From positions 1-64,000 of the forward strand of contig CAUYUJ010000327.1 of NCBI GenBank assembly GCA_963575745.1: 64,000 nt of DNA, read 5' to 3'. Under the pieces are notes generated by a model. The model searched no databases. It saw nothing but the letters and a program-made list of their open reading frames with translations, and was not told the DNA's origin. The translations under genes and the position numbers were made by a program. This DNA comes from Prorocentrum cordatum (taxonomy: Eukaryota). Positions 12,441 through 25,619 of this stretch are shown here, in pieces (the first letter of the stretch is position 1; every line of letters begins with the position of its first letter).

Positions 12441-14189
12441 CTGAGCGTGCGCGCGCACGTGTCGGCATGGCCAGGCGCAGCCGCAAGGCTCGAGGAGGAG
12501 CCACGCCGCACAAGCCGGCCGGGCCACACAGAGGGGGGCAGGGGGAGGGGCTCAGTTGGGCCCTGGCAGCGGCAGGGTTGTTTTGCTGTTTCCCCAAAAG
12601 CAAGTGTCTCTTGGAAACGGATGCGTTCAAAAGCGGCAGCCGGGAACGGCAAATCGAATTGTTCCAGAATTAGAACCAGCACCGGAATCGGCAAACGAAA
12701 CGGCGACCGCCAAACGGGCCCGTCGCTTCCAGGGCCCATTGAAGAAAGGGGTGGGGGGCGGACTAGACGCACCCCTGCTTCTCAGAAGGCGCCGGCCCTA
12801 TCTCCAGATGTACGGCCGGCACCCTCTGAGAAGCGCCCTCCGTCCAGGGAGCCCTCCCCCCCTTCGCCCGAGCTTGTTGCGCGCCGCCAAGCAAACACAA
12901 ACGTTCCGAGCTCCGCGCGGGTGTCTCGGAGCGGCGCTGCGCGCCCCTGGCGGCGCCTCTCCGCACGCCCCCCTGGCCTCTTCCGCGCGCTGGGGAGGAA
13001 AGCGAGGCGCGGATGTTCAAGACATCCGTGCGGAGTTCCAGGACACGTGCATCGATACCGCTGTTTCTGTTTCTCGACGTGGGACAATTGTATCGCGGCG
13101 CGTTCGGGAGGCGTCGTCGCTACTGGAGGGAATCCAAGGAACCGAGGGCACTCGCAGGAGGGAAGGCGTTTCAGCCATCACCACGAGATGCGCTGGCTGA
13201 GCGTATATTGTATTTGTTGTTGCAGAGCTTTCTTCTTTCCTGGTGCACTGTGGACCATCCCAGGCATTCGGCGTCGCGACAAAATGGTGACGCCTGGCTC
13301 CTTCTCAGTGTAGGCCTCTGCAGGCAAGTTTCTGCGCCCAAGGACGGTGAGCAAACATGTTCTGGGACGGAAAACAGAACTAGCCCCAGGCAATGGGTCG
13401 AGAGATCAGGGAGGGCCCACACCACGACATGACCGTGCTGCTGGACGTCCGGGATTGCACCCGTGCGGTGTGGATCAGATCTGCGCACCAGAAGCGCAGA
13501 CATTCAGCAGACGCCTCCTCCTCCTCCTCGCTCTCGTCTGCCTCCTCCTCCTCCTCCTCCTACTCCTCCTCCACCTCCTCCTCCCCCGTCTCTTCCTCCT
13601 CCTCCACATCCACCTCCTCCTCCTCCTCCTCCTCCTCCCTCCTCCTCCTCCTCCTCCTCCTCCCCCCTTTCCTCCTCCCCCCCCCTCCTCCTCCTCCTCC
13701 TCCTCCTCCTCCTCCTCCTCCTGCTCCTCCTCCACCTCCTCCTCCTCCTCCTCCTCCTCCTCCTCCTCCTCCTCCTGCTCCTCCTCCTCCTCCTACTACT
13801 CCTACTCCTCCTCCTCCTCCTTCTCCTCCTCCTCCTCGCCCTTGTCTGCCTCCTCCTCGCCCTCCTCTGCCTCCTCCTCGCCCTCGTCTGCCTCCCCCTG
13901 TGCCCACCCTCCCAGCCTCCCCCCCCAGACGCCCAAGACGCGACGAGCTGTTGTTTCCTTTTGTGACGTGAGCCCAAGAGGTCTCTCGACCCTTCCCCTG
14001 GGGAGCTGGTGCTCCAGGGCTGGACCTAAACGATGCTTTGCTGGACTTCGGCAGTGTCTTGTGTGGGGCAGGGAGGTACAGGAAAACAGGTAGAGCAAAA
14101 CGAGCAACAAAACAACACTTCAGCTGACGGAGGACCCAACCATGTGCAGCTGCGAGTGCCGCATTGTCGGTACCACTTTCGGAGGGGTG

Positions 14190-15400
14190 CGCCGAAATCG
14201 GTGGCGCCGACGCATGTGGACACCGTCATTGGGGCCTTCGGAGGAGCTCCCTATGAGGCCACGAACCGCATGAGGGGTGCGCAAAAATGGGGCGGCACCG
14301 CCATGCGGACCCTGCCACTGGGGCATTCGATGGAGCTCCCTGTGAGGCCACGAACCGCGTGAGGGGTGGGCCACAATGGGGCGGCGCCGCCATGCGAGCC
14401 CTGCCACTGGGGCCTTCGATGGAGCTCCCTATGGGGCCACGAAACGTCCGAGGGGGTGCACCGAAATCGGTGGCGCGGACGCATGTGGACACCGCCACTG
14501 GGGCCTTCGGTGGAGCCCCTATGGGGCCAGGAACCACGTGAGGAGTGTGCCAAAATGGGGAGGCGCCGCCATGCGGACCCTGCCACTGGGGCCTCCGATG
14601 GAGCTCCCTATGGGGCCACGAACCGCATGAGGGGTGGGCCACAATGGGGCGGCGCCGCCATGCGGACCCTGCCACTGGGGCCCTCGGTGGAGCCCCTGTT
14701 GGGCAACGAACAATGCGAGTGGTGCGCCAAATTGGGGCGGCGCCGCCATGCGGACCCTGCCACTGGGGCCTCCGATGGAGCTCCCTATGGGGCCACGAAC
14801 TGTGTGAGGTGTGCGCTAAAATGGGGCGGCGCCGCCATGCGAACCCTGCCACTGCGGCCTTCGGTGGAGCTCCCTATGGGGCCACGAACCGCGTGAGGGG
14901 TGCGCCAAAATGGGGCGGCGCCGCCATGCGGACCCTGCCGCTGGGGCCTTCGGTGGAGCTCCCTATGGGGCCACGGACCACGTGAGGAGTGCGCCAACAA
15001 GGGGCGGCGCCTCCATGCGGACCCTGCCACTGGCGCCTTCGGTGAAGCTCCTCATGGGGCCGAAATGTGGCGGCGCGGCCATGTGGACCCTGCCGCGGGG
15101 GCCTTCGGTGGAGCTCTGTATGGGATTACGAACAGTGTGCAGCATGCGCCAAGATGGGGCGGCGCCGCCATGTGGACCCTGCCACTGGGGCCTTCGGTGG
15201 AGCTCGCCACGAACCGCGTGAGGGGTGTGCCGAAAGGGGGCGGCGCCGCCATGCGGACCCTGCCACTGGGGCCTTCGGTGGAGCTCCCTATGGGGCCACG
15301 AACCGTGTGAGGAGTGCGCCAAAATGGGGCGGCGCCGCCATGCGGACCCTGCCACTGGGGCCTTCGGTGGAGCAGGGGGCCACGAACCATGTGAGGGGCG
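14190..15400. repeat. ~89-bp tandem repeat, ~14 units
   Basis: ggcgccgccatgcggaccctgccactggggccttcggtggagctccctatggggccacgaacc unit repeated head-to-tail. Confidence 0.9.
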
Positions 15401-16589
15401 CGGCGCTGACGATGGCGATGGCGATGCTCATGATGATGTGGATCATGACGACGGAGATGATGATGACGATGATGACGCTGACGATGACGATGACGAGGCG
15501 GACGGGAAGAGGGATGAGGGGGAGGAGGAGGGGGAGGAAGAGGAGTGGGAACACAGCGTTGTCTCTTCAAATCGAGGACCCGACACCACAGGATGGTTGG
15601 GAACAAAACTAAAAACAACGTTCAGGTCCAGCCCTGTGGTGCTCACGCCGGATCGCTACCTAACGGCCCCTGTGGGGTCCCCGACGCGGGCCCCTGGAGG
15701 CCCCGAGGCTGAGGCAAAGCCTGCGGCCGCCGCCGCCGTCCAGGAAAACAGGTGCAGAGCAAAACGAACACCAAAACGAAAACAAAACGAAACACAGCGC
15801 TCAGGTCCAGCCCTGTGGTGCTCATTCCGGATCGCTGCCCGACGGGGCCCCTGTGGGGTCCCCGGCGCGTGCCCCCCAGGAGGCCCCCCGAGGGTGTGGC
15901 AAAAAGCATGCGGCCGCCGCCGCGCTGTGTCCTCGGGCCGAGCGTCGGGGCCCCCTTCGCGTGGCCCCGCCGCCCCCTCTTCCTCCTCCTTCTCCTCCTC
16001 CTCCTCCTCCTCCTCCTCCTCCTCCTCCTCCTCCTCCTCCTCCTCCTCCTCCATCTCCATCTCCTCCTCCTCCTCCTCCTCCTCCTCCTCCTCCTCCTCC
16101 TTCTCCTCCTGCTCCTCCTCGGGTCGCTTATGGCCCCGGGGAAAAGGTACACCTCGGGCCCCCGCCGCCCCCTCCTCCTCCTCCTCCTCCTCCTCCTCCT
16201 CCTCCTCCTCCTCCTCCTCCCTCCTCCATCTCCTCCCTCCTCCTCCTCCTCCTCCCTCCTCCTCCTCCTCCTCCTCCTCCTCCTGCTCCTCCTCGGGTCG
16301 CTTATGGCCCCGGGGGATAAGGTACACCTCGGGCCCCCGCCGCCCCCTCCTCCTCCTCCTCCTCCTCCTCCTCCCTCCTCTCCTCCTCCTCCTCGTCCTC
16401 CTCCTCCTCCTCCTCCTCCTCCTCCTCCTCCTCCTCCTCCTCCTCCTCATCCCCCTCCTGTCCCTCCTCCTGCTCCTCCTCCTCCTCCTTCTCCTCCTCC
16501 TCCTCCTTCTCCTCCTCCTCCTGCTCGTCCTCCTCTATGCGAAAGACCTGCCGCATCGCGAGAGAACATTGCGGCCGGAGCCCCCAGAC

Positions 16590-16756
16590 TTACGTCGGGT
16601 CTGTCCCTCTACAGGAGAACTGTTCAAACATAGTCAAGAAAATAGTATTGGGACGATTGTTTGACTATGTTTGAATGTGTGTTGAATAAATGTTTTCACT
16701 GTTTTGATTCAAAATTCCGTCCAACATCCCCCTGTAGGGGGACATGCCCGACCTAT
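16590..16756 (+). mobile_element. MITE family A copy
   Basis: TIRs; TSD ccccagac/ccctagac. Confidence 0.8.
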
Positions 16757-18109
16757 CCCTAGACTTTGCGGCCGGTAGCATGTCGCGCCGCCGGCTCTGG
16801 CCCACCTCGCTTCGGCACTGCATGCCAACCACGTCCCAGTATCCAGGCGCAAACGTCCCGGAGTCGCTCGTGACTCCCGCCCCCCGCGGAGCGGAGCGAC
16901 ACGCTGTCCGCTTTGACGGCATCGCGTGTCGCTGGGGCCGCCGTCGCGAAACGCCAAGCAATATTTCCCAAGCGAAGCTCCCCGCGGCATTGCTGTTGAC
17001 AGATCGACGCACGACGGCCCCGAGGAGTTCTCAGCCAGGATCGGGGCGCCCCTCTCCCGCTGAGAAGGCGGAGGGGAGGAGGAGGAAGGAGAGGAGAAGC
17101 AGGGGGGAGGGAGCGGGAGGGGGGGAGGGGGGAGGAAGGAGAGGAGAGGCAGGGGGAGTGAGGGGGAGGGGGAGAAACGAGGTGTAGAGAAGCACGAGGG
17201 GAGAAGGAGAAGCAGCAGGTGCAGCAGGGGCCGAGGAGAGGGAGGAGGAGGGGGAGGAGGAGGAGGAGGAGGAGGAGGAGGGAGGAGGAGGAGGAGGCCC
17301 CGAGAGGGAGGATCGAGGGCGCCCCATCCTCCCAGGAGCGGGAGATGGGGGAGGGGTGGAGGAGGAGCAGGAGGAGGAGGAGGAGGAGAGGGAAGAGGAG
17401 GAGGAGAGGGGGAGCAGGACCAGGAGGAGCAGGAGGAGAAGGAGGAGAGAGGAGGAGCGCGGGAGAGGGGGCAGGGGTGGAGTGACAGGGCCCCAGGAGG
17501 CCCCCACGCAGGAAGGTCGCGATGATCGAGGTGATTCCCCTCCTCCTCCCCCCCATCCCCGATATCCCTTCATCAACTCCCCCATCCTTCCCCCTCCTTC
17601 TCGCTCCTCCTCATCCCTCTCCCTCTCCCTTCCCCGCTCCTACCCCTCCTTCTCCTCCTCCTCCTCCTCCCTCCTCCTCCTCCTCCTCCTCCTGCTCGTC
17701 CTCCTCCTCCTCCTCCTCCTCCTCCTCCTCCTCCCTCCTCCTTCTCCTGATCTTCCTCCTCCTCCTCCTGCTCGTCCTCCTCCTGCTCGTTCTCCTCTTC
17801 CTCCGTCTCCTGATCCTCCTCCTGCACCTGCCTCCTCGTGCTCCTCCTCCTCCCCCCTCCTCCTCCTGAACTCCTCTTCCTCCTCCTCCTTCTCCTCATT
17901 ATCCTCCTCCTCCTCCGCCTCCTCTTCTTCCTCCTCCTCCTCCTCCTCCTCCTCCTCCTCCTACCTCGCCTTCTCGATCGTCCTGGCGCTGTGATCTCCT
18001 CAAAACGGCGAGTGGCGGCTGGACGGCCCGTGGACGCATGCGCGTCCTCCGAGGTCGGCCCGTCGATTCGGATTGACGCACGTGCCTTCGACGACGTCCG
18101 ACACTACCT

Positions 18110-18266
18110 TCAAGTCGGGCCCGTCCCTCTACAGGAGGAATATTCAACATAGACAAACATAGTTTGGCGACGATGTGGTGGTAGGTTTGATTAGTTTCGG
18201 CTATGTTCGGGGTATGTTTAAAATTTCCGCCGAAAATCCGCATGTAGGAGGACATGCCCGACCTAA
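18110..18266 (+). mobile_element. MITE family A copy
   Basis: TIRs; TSD cactacct/cactacat. Confidence 0.8.
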
Positions 18267-18521
18267 CACTACATTACGTGCCCCTGCATCGCTGGTCTCC
18301 TCTTTCCTCCCTCGACCCCGATCCCTGCCGACCCGATCCAACGCTTGGACCTCGGCACTTTCTGTCCTCAGTGTTGGTCCGCTCGCCCGTCGCTCCGCCG
18401 TTCGACGAGTCGTGTGTTGGCCTGTTCCACCTCAACAACAAAGTCCAGGAGGGCGAAGAGCGCCCGTCCGCTGCTGCCGTGGCTCGTGCGCCTCGGGCCG
18501 CGTCCGCTCACATGCCAAGAG

Positions 18522-18674
18522 TTAAGTCGGGCCTGTCCCTCTACAGGATGAATAGTCAAAAATAATCCACAAATAGCCTGGGACGATTTTTGAGCATGCT
18601 TGTTCCTCCTATTCTAGGGGGTAGTTGTTTGGTATGTTTAATGTTTCGCCCGTGCGGGGACATGCCCGACCTAA
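18522..18674 (+). mobile_element. MITE family A copy
   Basis: TIRs; perfect TSD gccaagag. Confidence 0.85.
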
Positions 18675-19599
18675 GCCAAGAGTGAACCGTCAGCGCTCGT
18701 CGTGTTCACTCAGAGCTTGCGACTCCTCTCCCCCTTCATGTCCACCGAGCGAACCACACGCACCCCTACCCATAACGGGGGGGGGGGCGGAGCAGGCTCT
18801 GGGTGCGTGTTTTCGGATGGGGGTCCCCGCTCGGACGGGAGCCTCCCCCGCGGTCCGACAATCCGCACCCATACCCATAGCCTGTCCTCCTCCGTCCGAT
18901 TCCCCATGTGTATTGTTCGTTCATCATCCTTTCCTTTCCCCCCTCCCCCTACCCCTCAATCAGCTTCCCCCGGAGCCTTCCTGGGACTTGTTTTCTCAGA
19001 TCGCAGGCCGAGTCTGGTAGATTGGTTTTCGGTGTAGCAGTGTGTGGGCCAACGCGGCGCTCGTCGCCACGACTGTGCCAACATTGACGGGCCTGTCTTC
19101 CACCACCACCACCACCGTAAGTAGGAGGGGGAGGGGGTCCTCCTGCTCCTCCTCTTCCTCTCCTCCTCCTCCTCCTCATCCTCCTCCTGCTCCTTCTCCT
19201 CCTCCTCCCCTCCTCCCCCTCCTCCTCCTCCTCCTCCTCCTCCTCCTCCTCCTCCTCCTCCTCCTCCTCCTCCTCCTCCTCCTCCTCCTCCTCCTCTGTC
19301 TCCCCCTCATCCTCCACCTCCTGCCCCCCTCCATTCTATGGTGGTGGTGGAAAATAGGCGCCCATCAAACGCGGTGTTGACGCCGGTGTGCGCGGTGTCG
19401 CAGTTTTTAGCTGGCTGGTGCTCGCCAGCTGCTCATCACGCTGGACACGTGGAGCGTTCCAGACGGGGCCTCGCCTTGGAGGCCCGAAGGAGTCGCCATC
19501 TCCGCTTCCTCGGTGGAAGGCGGCGGAGGTCGGCAGGAGTAAGCTTTACACCAGAGCAAAGGTCCAAGCTGTGGATCGTTGGAAGGCTAGTGGTATGGA

Positions 19600-20000
19600 G
19601 ATTGCGATCCATCGATGGTCAGATCGATCGTGAGATCGACGGTGAGTTGGGGATCGATAGCGGGGACGATAACAGCAGTAAGGTCGATCGTGAGGCCGAT
19701 AGAGAAGGCGATTCGGTGAGATCGATAGTGAGATCGATCGTGATATCGCTCGTGCAATCTATAGTGACATCGTTTGTGACATCGATCGTGAGATGGGTTA
19801 TGGGATCGATAGTGAGATCCATCGAGAGGTGGGTCATGACATCGATGGTCAGACCGATCGACCAAGAGCCAAGGAACACGGACACCCAGGAACCCCGCCG
19901 TCCACCGAAATCGGCCCGGAACCAGCAACTGGGAACCCAAGAACCTGGAACCGGGAACCCAGGAACCCGGCCGCCCACCGAATGCGGCCCGGTTTTTTCG
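19600..20000. repeat. 12-bp gatcgatcgtga array plus ccaggaacc repeats; inverted relative ~62640-63000
   Basis: Short tandem units with the same two-part layout at both loci. Confidence 0.75.
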
Positions 20001-20544
20001 CCAAACCTTTCTTTGTCCGCCAGGACCCCGTCAGTTTAAGCACTGCTCTGAGGACGAGGGCGCCTCTGCCAGCCGAAGTCAGCGGCGAAGGGCGGCGGGA
20101 GCCGGCGGAAGAAGAAGATGCACCCCTACGAGATGACAACCCAGACATGGTCGCGTCGCACAAAATATCAGGACGGGAGGTTTTTGGTCACTTTCGGCCT
20201 CGGGGGGCCCTCGCCGGGCCTCGGGACCGTCAAAAAACGACTCGGGATGAAAAGCCGGTCCCGGGGAAAGGGTCGGGACTTCTGGGGACGCCGTCCTGAA
20301 AAAATCCGCATGTCTGGGTACCCGTCGGTCGGGGCCTGAGTCTGGCGACAGAGCTGGTGGAGCCCGGGGGCCCTTCGTGCTCTGTGGCGCGTTCGGGGCC
20401 TACGGCCGGGAGCTCTTGCTCAGCGTCGCGGCGGTGGCCCTGGCGACACACGCTCTACCCTGCAGGCGGACAGCGTCCGCTCCGCGGGGCGGGAGGTCGG
20501 GAGAGGCTCGGGACGTTGAACGCTTGGGAACGGGAGCATGGATA

Positions 20545-20728
20545 TAGGCTACACGCAAGAGTGACCCTAGGCAAGAGCGACCAGTAGTGCGCGGATTAAG
20601 GGGGCGCAAGGTGGCCAAAGCCAAGCGCGCAAGCAGCCAGGATCGCACCGCGTTCAGCGCTCGGGGGGATCCCGATGAGCCCGCACTAAAGGTCACTCTG
20701 GCGAAGGGTCACTCTTACGCGTAGCCGA
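20545..20728. repeat. TIR repeat (aagagtgacc...ggtcactctt); inverted copy ~56210-56390
   Basis: Doubled gagtgacc motif mirrored at both ends. Confidence 0.6.
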
Positions 20729-21317
20729 GGATCGTGTGCCGCGCCGAGGCGTGGTGGGCCAGAACCGCCTGGCGCGACACTCCAGACCAAAGTTCCCGAC
20801 CGTAGGCTCGTCGCCAAAGAGTGCATTGCTGGTTAAGGAGCGCACGTCTTGGGAGCGAGGGGATGCTGCCCGGAGGTTCGCGCACAGTGCGTTGGAGTCT
20901 CTTCGGGCGGGCCGAGGCCCGCAGGCATGCCCAAGTCCAGGGGGGCCTCTCTTCCCAGTCTTGCGTGTTCGAACAAGTTTGAGCAGAGCTTAGTTGTGCT
21001 CCACAACTATGTTTTCGAGGTCCTGGCATCCAATGAATTTCTTGACTGGGGGTCGTGCTCCTACAGAGCCGTCGGCAGATGCTGATTGCAGGCAACCAGC
21101 GTCCTCGTAGGAGGGCTGGGCGGAGCAGAGGGAGGAGGCCAGTGAGCTGCGGCGCGCCGGTTCGTCAACCACGTCGGCTTGATGCCTCAACAGCCGCGCG
21201 CTATCATAGAGACCGGCCGCTAGACACAGACCACACGCAATGCCGAGTCTTCCTCTCCCACCCACCCCGTTCCTCCACCGCCTCCTCCTCCCACTACCCT
21301 GCCTGCGACCCCGGAAG

Positions 21318-21402
21318 GTCGCTGGGATCAAGGTGTCCCTCTCCCGCGCCTCGCGGGACGTGTGGGTCTCATACAGATCGACGCCCGATGCCGAGAACAA
21401 AG
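21318..21402 (+). CDS. Micro-exon 1 of an M11/M6-like metallopeptidase C-terminal region (VAGIKVSLSRASRDVWVSYRSTPDAENK)
   Basis: AG acceptor at 21316-21317; GA donor at 21403; phase 1 matches the next exon. Confidence 0.55.
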
Positions 21403-22392
21403 GAGCCATCTCGGGAGGAGGAGGAGGAGGAGGAGCAGGAGAAGAAGTGGCAGGATGAGAACTGGGAGCATTAGGAGAAGGAGGAGGAGCTTGTTAGAAG
21501 AAGGTGGAGGTGGAAGAATAATACATATAAGGCATATATTTAGCACCCCGCAGTTGCGGATAATAGTGAGGGTGGAGGGTGCGGCGGGGTCGTCGGCAGA
21601 CTGCGACGTTCTGAAGAAACCCGCCGCAGGCGCCGATTTTCAACAACTTCTACAATGAGCACACCGCAGGCGCCGATTTGTTCGTCAAAGCAAGTGCGTG
21701 GGTCGCGGATAGGTCGCGGAACGTGACGTCACCTGGGAAAGGGGGGGCGGGGCCAGTGACGACCGTCATCGTAGAAAATAAAAAAGTGGTTCCTGTCGTG
21801 GTACTTTTCGTCGTGGGCGGCGCGGCCGTAGTCGTATTCGACATCGGCGGCGCAGCCGTTGTTTACCAGTACTTCCACGACGACGTACTTAGTATCCCTT
21901 TCGGGCTGCTCGGTCGTGTCGATCTTGGTGTCGGTTTTGGTGGCGTACTTGGCGTCGTACCAGTAGTGGTCGTCCTTGAGTTGCCTGTCACGCAGCTCGT
22001 TATCGTATTCGGGCTGTTTGTTACGCAGCTCGTCCTCGGGCTGCATGTTGCGCAGTTCGTCCCGTCGTGGAGTGGACGCCATCACGAAGGTGGTCGTAGC
22101 GATGGCCATAATGTCGCTGGGGGATGGTTTTAGGCCGCGTCGGTCGAGGAGCCTGTTTTCTCGGGGAGCTGAATGTGTTCGTATTCCAGGCGTGTATGGT
22201 CTCGGTATACTTGCCAGCGACCGTCCACCGAGGTGGGTCAGTCTCGTAGCCGATGTTGTAGATGTCCGGCTCGTAGTTCGACAGTAGGTGGATGTTCTCT
22301 TTCTCTCTCTCTCTCTATCCCAGATGTTCACCCGCAGGTGGATAACCATCCTCCCGTGGACGTTCACCTCCACGTTGTTCACGTGGTGGGTA

Positions 22393-22569
22393 CAGTCGGG
22401 GCCCTGAAGAAGGAACCCTTCTCGTTGGGAAGGGGCTCCGTGTTCCCTGATTGTTTCGCAGCTTGCCTCAGGTGTTCCTTCTGTTTTCGCTACGAAATCG
22501 AAGATCAACTTATGGAAAATAGGGGCCTCGTTCCTTAGTTAGGGTTCCTTAGGGTCCACGCCCCGACTG
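22393..22569. mobile_element. MITE family B (TA|CAGTCGGGG...CCCCGACTG|TA; Tc1/mariner-like); second copy 9117-9290
   Basis: CAGT-starting TIRs with TA flanks; two similar ~175-bp copies. Confidence 0.75.
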
Positions 22570-24634
22570 TAATGCTGATGGCCTTTTCTGGTGGCTCTTC
22601 ACGCGCGCCGCGAGTGGCGGCGGCGCGCCGGGGCCAGCCCGTCCCAGCGGGTCGCCGCGCGGGGGGGCGGCGCGGGGGCCCAGGGCTGGAGGGCCCTCGT
22701 GCTCTTTTTGCCCTTCTGGCGCCTCTGCTTCCGCCTCCCGTTGAGGCCTTGCAACAGGAATGCTGAGCACAAGTGCACAAATATGAAATCGATGTATACG
22801 TGTGCACCAAGGATACACGTAATGCCACTTCGCTCAAAGGCGCCGTTGATCACTCTGCACACGGAAGCGTGCGGGTGGATGGGGCCGGCGGTCGCTCATC
22901 ACTCCGCCGGACGCTGCGGCGCAGCCCCGCCGAGCTTAGACACAGTCATCGAGGCTGGGGTCACTCTTCTTTTCTGTTGGCGTGGGGAGACGAGAACGCC
23001 CGATGCAAGTGCGGCCCGCCCGCGGAGGCGCGCCTGTAAGTTTGCTCTCGGCCGCCGCCGCCACCTCTGGCGCACCTTCTTGTCGGCGCAGTCGCCCGCG
23101 ACTGCAGGCAGCTCCGGCGTGGCCGCCCAGTAGATGACCGGGCGCCCTCGGCAGGGTGCGTCGAGGACTGTCGGAGGTGTTGGCTACTGTCAGGGTCTCA
23201 GCACGGATTGTGTTCTGTTGCTGGTGCCCAGGGCCGAACGCTAAAGCTTTTAGCGTTTGAAGGTCGCCGTCGAACGCTGCCACCCTTAGTATTTGGTGCT
23301 CGGCTTGGCGGTGCCGAAGAAAACGTAAATCAGAAAAGAGGGGACAATGATTGATAGGTTTGATGTGGCACGCGCCGACGGCTAGCTCCTTGCCTGGCGG
23401 GGGGTTCGTTTCTGCATGCAAACGAGACTGGCGCGACACCCAACGGAGGAGGGTCAGCCGAGGTCACGGCGGCCCTCCCTGGCGTTGTCAGGCTTCTCTC
23501 TGGGCCGCCCCTGCTTCTTAGAAGACGCGGGCCTCGTCTGTAGACGCAATGCACGCGCATTCTAAGAAGCAGTCTCCTTCTAAGAAGCCTTCCCTCCTCC
23601 CCCTGCCCCCCGCTGCGCGCCGCCAGCCCACGGCTGGATCCACGTCGCGTCAAAGTGTCTTCCAGGGTGGACCTGGCAGGGGCCCAGGGGTTGGCTTGGA
23701 GCAGATCTGGGCCTGCAAGGAGGGCCGCCGTTTTTTTGTTTTTATATATATATATGTATTATTTATGTATTTATTGATTTATTTATTTATTTATTTATGT
23801 ATTTATTTATTTGTATATATATATATATTAAAAAATCACGACGGGAGGCGTTTGGCCATTGTCGGCCGTCGGATGCCCTCGCCAGGGCCCCGGGGCCGTC
23901 GCACACTCGAGATGAGCAGCCGTTCCCGGGGAAGGGGTCCAGACCACGGGGGCCCGCGCTGCGGCAGAACCGCAGTGTCGGAGATCCGGGGACCGCAGCG
24001 GGTGCCTCGGGCAGTGGCGGGAGCGGTCTGGTTTTCGCCACCCGCCCACGGTGTGCCGGCGGATCGGATGAGCTAGTCCGCAGTGCTGCGTCCGGGGGCA
24101 GCACCAGGGTGAACAGGAGGCAGGGAAGACATGCGACGAGGCAGGCGAGCAGAGGAGGAGCAGCGGCTGCGACAGGAGGAGGACGACCAGGGTGATGGGC
24201 AGGATGAGGACGGCAGAAGGAAGAAACTCAAGGAAGAAGACGTGCATATACACAAACGGTCGGAGTTCCGCGCGGATTTCTCGACTCGGTGCTGGCCCCC
24301 CTGGTGGCGCGCCAGCTAGGCCAGCGCCAGAAAGTCTGGTCCGTCTTGGAGCATCCCGGGTCGTCTCGAGATGGAGGAGGAGGAGGAGGAGGAGGAGGAG
24401 GAGGAGGAGGAGAAGGAGGACACGCACGCCACCAAGCAATGAACGGGGACTGGGCGTCCGAGCAGCGGCAAGGAAATCTTAGCGAAACTTCAGGGGTTTT
24501 GTGTTGCTGCCACTTCTGCTTCTCCAGAGAGGAAGGGTGAAAGCGAAGGACAGCACCGTCAGAAGAAGGGAGAGCAAATGGCAGAAGCGTGCAAGGGTGC
24601 AGAACGAAGCCGATGATAGCCCACCACCGCGCAG

Positions 24635-24734
24635 GAGTGTACATCGTGCTCCAGGAGAAGGACCACGCGAACTCAGAGCTCGTCGACACCGCCTGCCACA
24701 CCATCTCCCAGCAGGACGCGCACATGCGAGAGGG
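24635..24734 (+). CDS. Micro-exon 2 (GVYIVLQEKDHANSELVDTACHTISQQDAHMREG)
   Basis: CAG acceptor 24632-24634; GT donor 24735; phases match both neighbours; high GC3. Confidence 0.6.
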
Positions 24735-25579
24735 GTCCTGGGGGGTGGGGGGCAAACGGCCTACACCTCGGCAAGCTCACGCGACCACCCGATGAACAAG
24801 ATTCGCTTTCACGCCGCGAGAACATGCCTCGGAGAGATATCTGGCACGAGAATGTTCAACGTTGCCGATCGCGTCCGCTCTGGCTTCTGAGGGCAGCATG
24901 TGCTTCCCGCAGGAGGCGCTCCTGGGCGCCTTTGAACGCTTCTCGGCAGTTGTGGGCATCTGCTGGTGCTTGGCGAGCGCCTGTGCGTCACGGCGAGTGC
25001 TTGCGGACGTCTGCGAGCGCGTTGCAGCGGTTGTGGTTGCCCGCGGGCGTTTGCGAGCTCGTGCCAGCCACTGCGGGCGCCTGCGGGTTCCTGTGGGCGG
25101 CGTTGCGCGCGCACGAATGCCAGTGTGTGCTTTTGGGCGCGTGTGAGCGCTTGTGCAAATACTGCAAGACTGTGGCGAGTAAGGAAAACTGCCAGCATGG
25201 TTTGGGGGAGCATGTCGAGTTCGGCCAGACCTGGGGCCCAGTTTGGGCCCCAGACCCTCCAGTTCACCGCTCTCGCTTCGGCAGACAGAGCCGACGTCGA
25301 GAATGGTGTTCTGTGCGCAGATGGGCGCCTCCGAAGAACGGTCAGGAACCGCCGCATCGCACACCTGACGATCTGCCTGGCCTGCCTGAGGGACCAGGGC
25401 CCTAAATAGTAAAAATATAGTACGGGGGCGATGTGTTGATCATGCTTGACGGTGTTTGGTCATTCTTTGACCATGTTCAATGTTTCGTCGAAGACCCTCC
25501 TGTATGAGGACATGCCCGACCCAACCCTTGGCCACGCAGCCTTGGCTCTCCCCCCTCAGCGAGGGATCGGGGGCGCGAG

Positions 25580-25619
25580 GTGGACGTTCCTGGACCGCAC
25601 GCACCAGGTTGCAATCAAG
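25580..25619 (+). CDS. Micro-exon 3 (WTFLDRTHQVAIK)
   Basis: AG acceptor 25578-25579; GC donor 25620; completes the Gly codon GG|G from exon 2. Confidence 0.55.

Noticed and set aside
14190..15400. CRISPR-like regular repeat (also 5790-6720 and 41770-42225)
   Set aside because: Units are wholly homologous with no unique spacers, there are no cas genes, and the context is eukaryotic.
11812..17994. Long poly-E/S/P/L/R/G/D/M ORFs here and throughout the window
   Set aside because: Stop-free trinucleotide microsatellites open in several frames and on both strands; no domain content.
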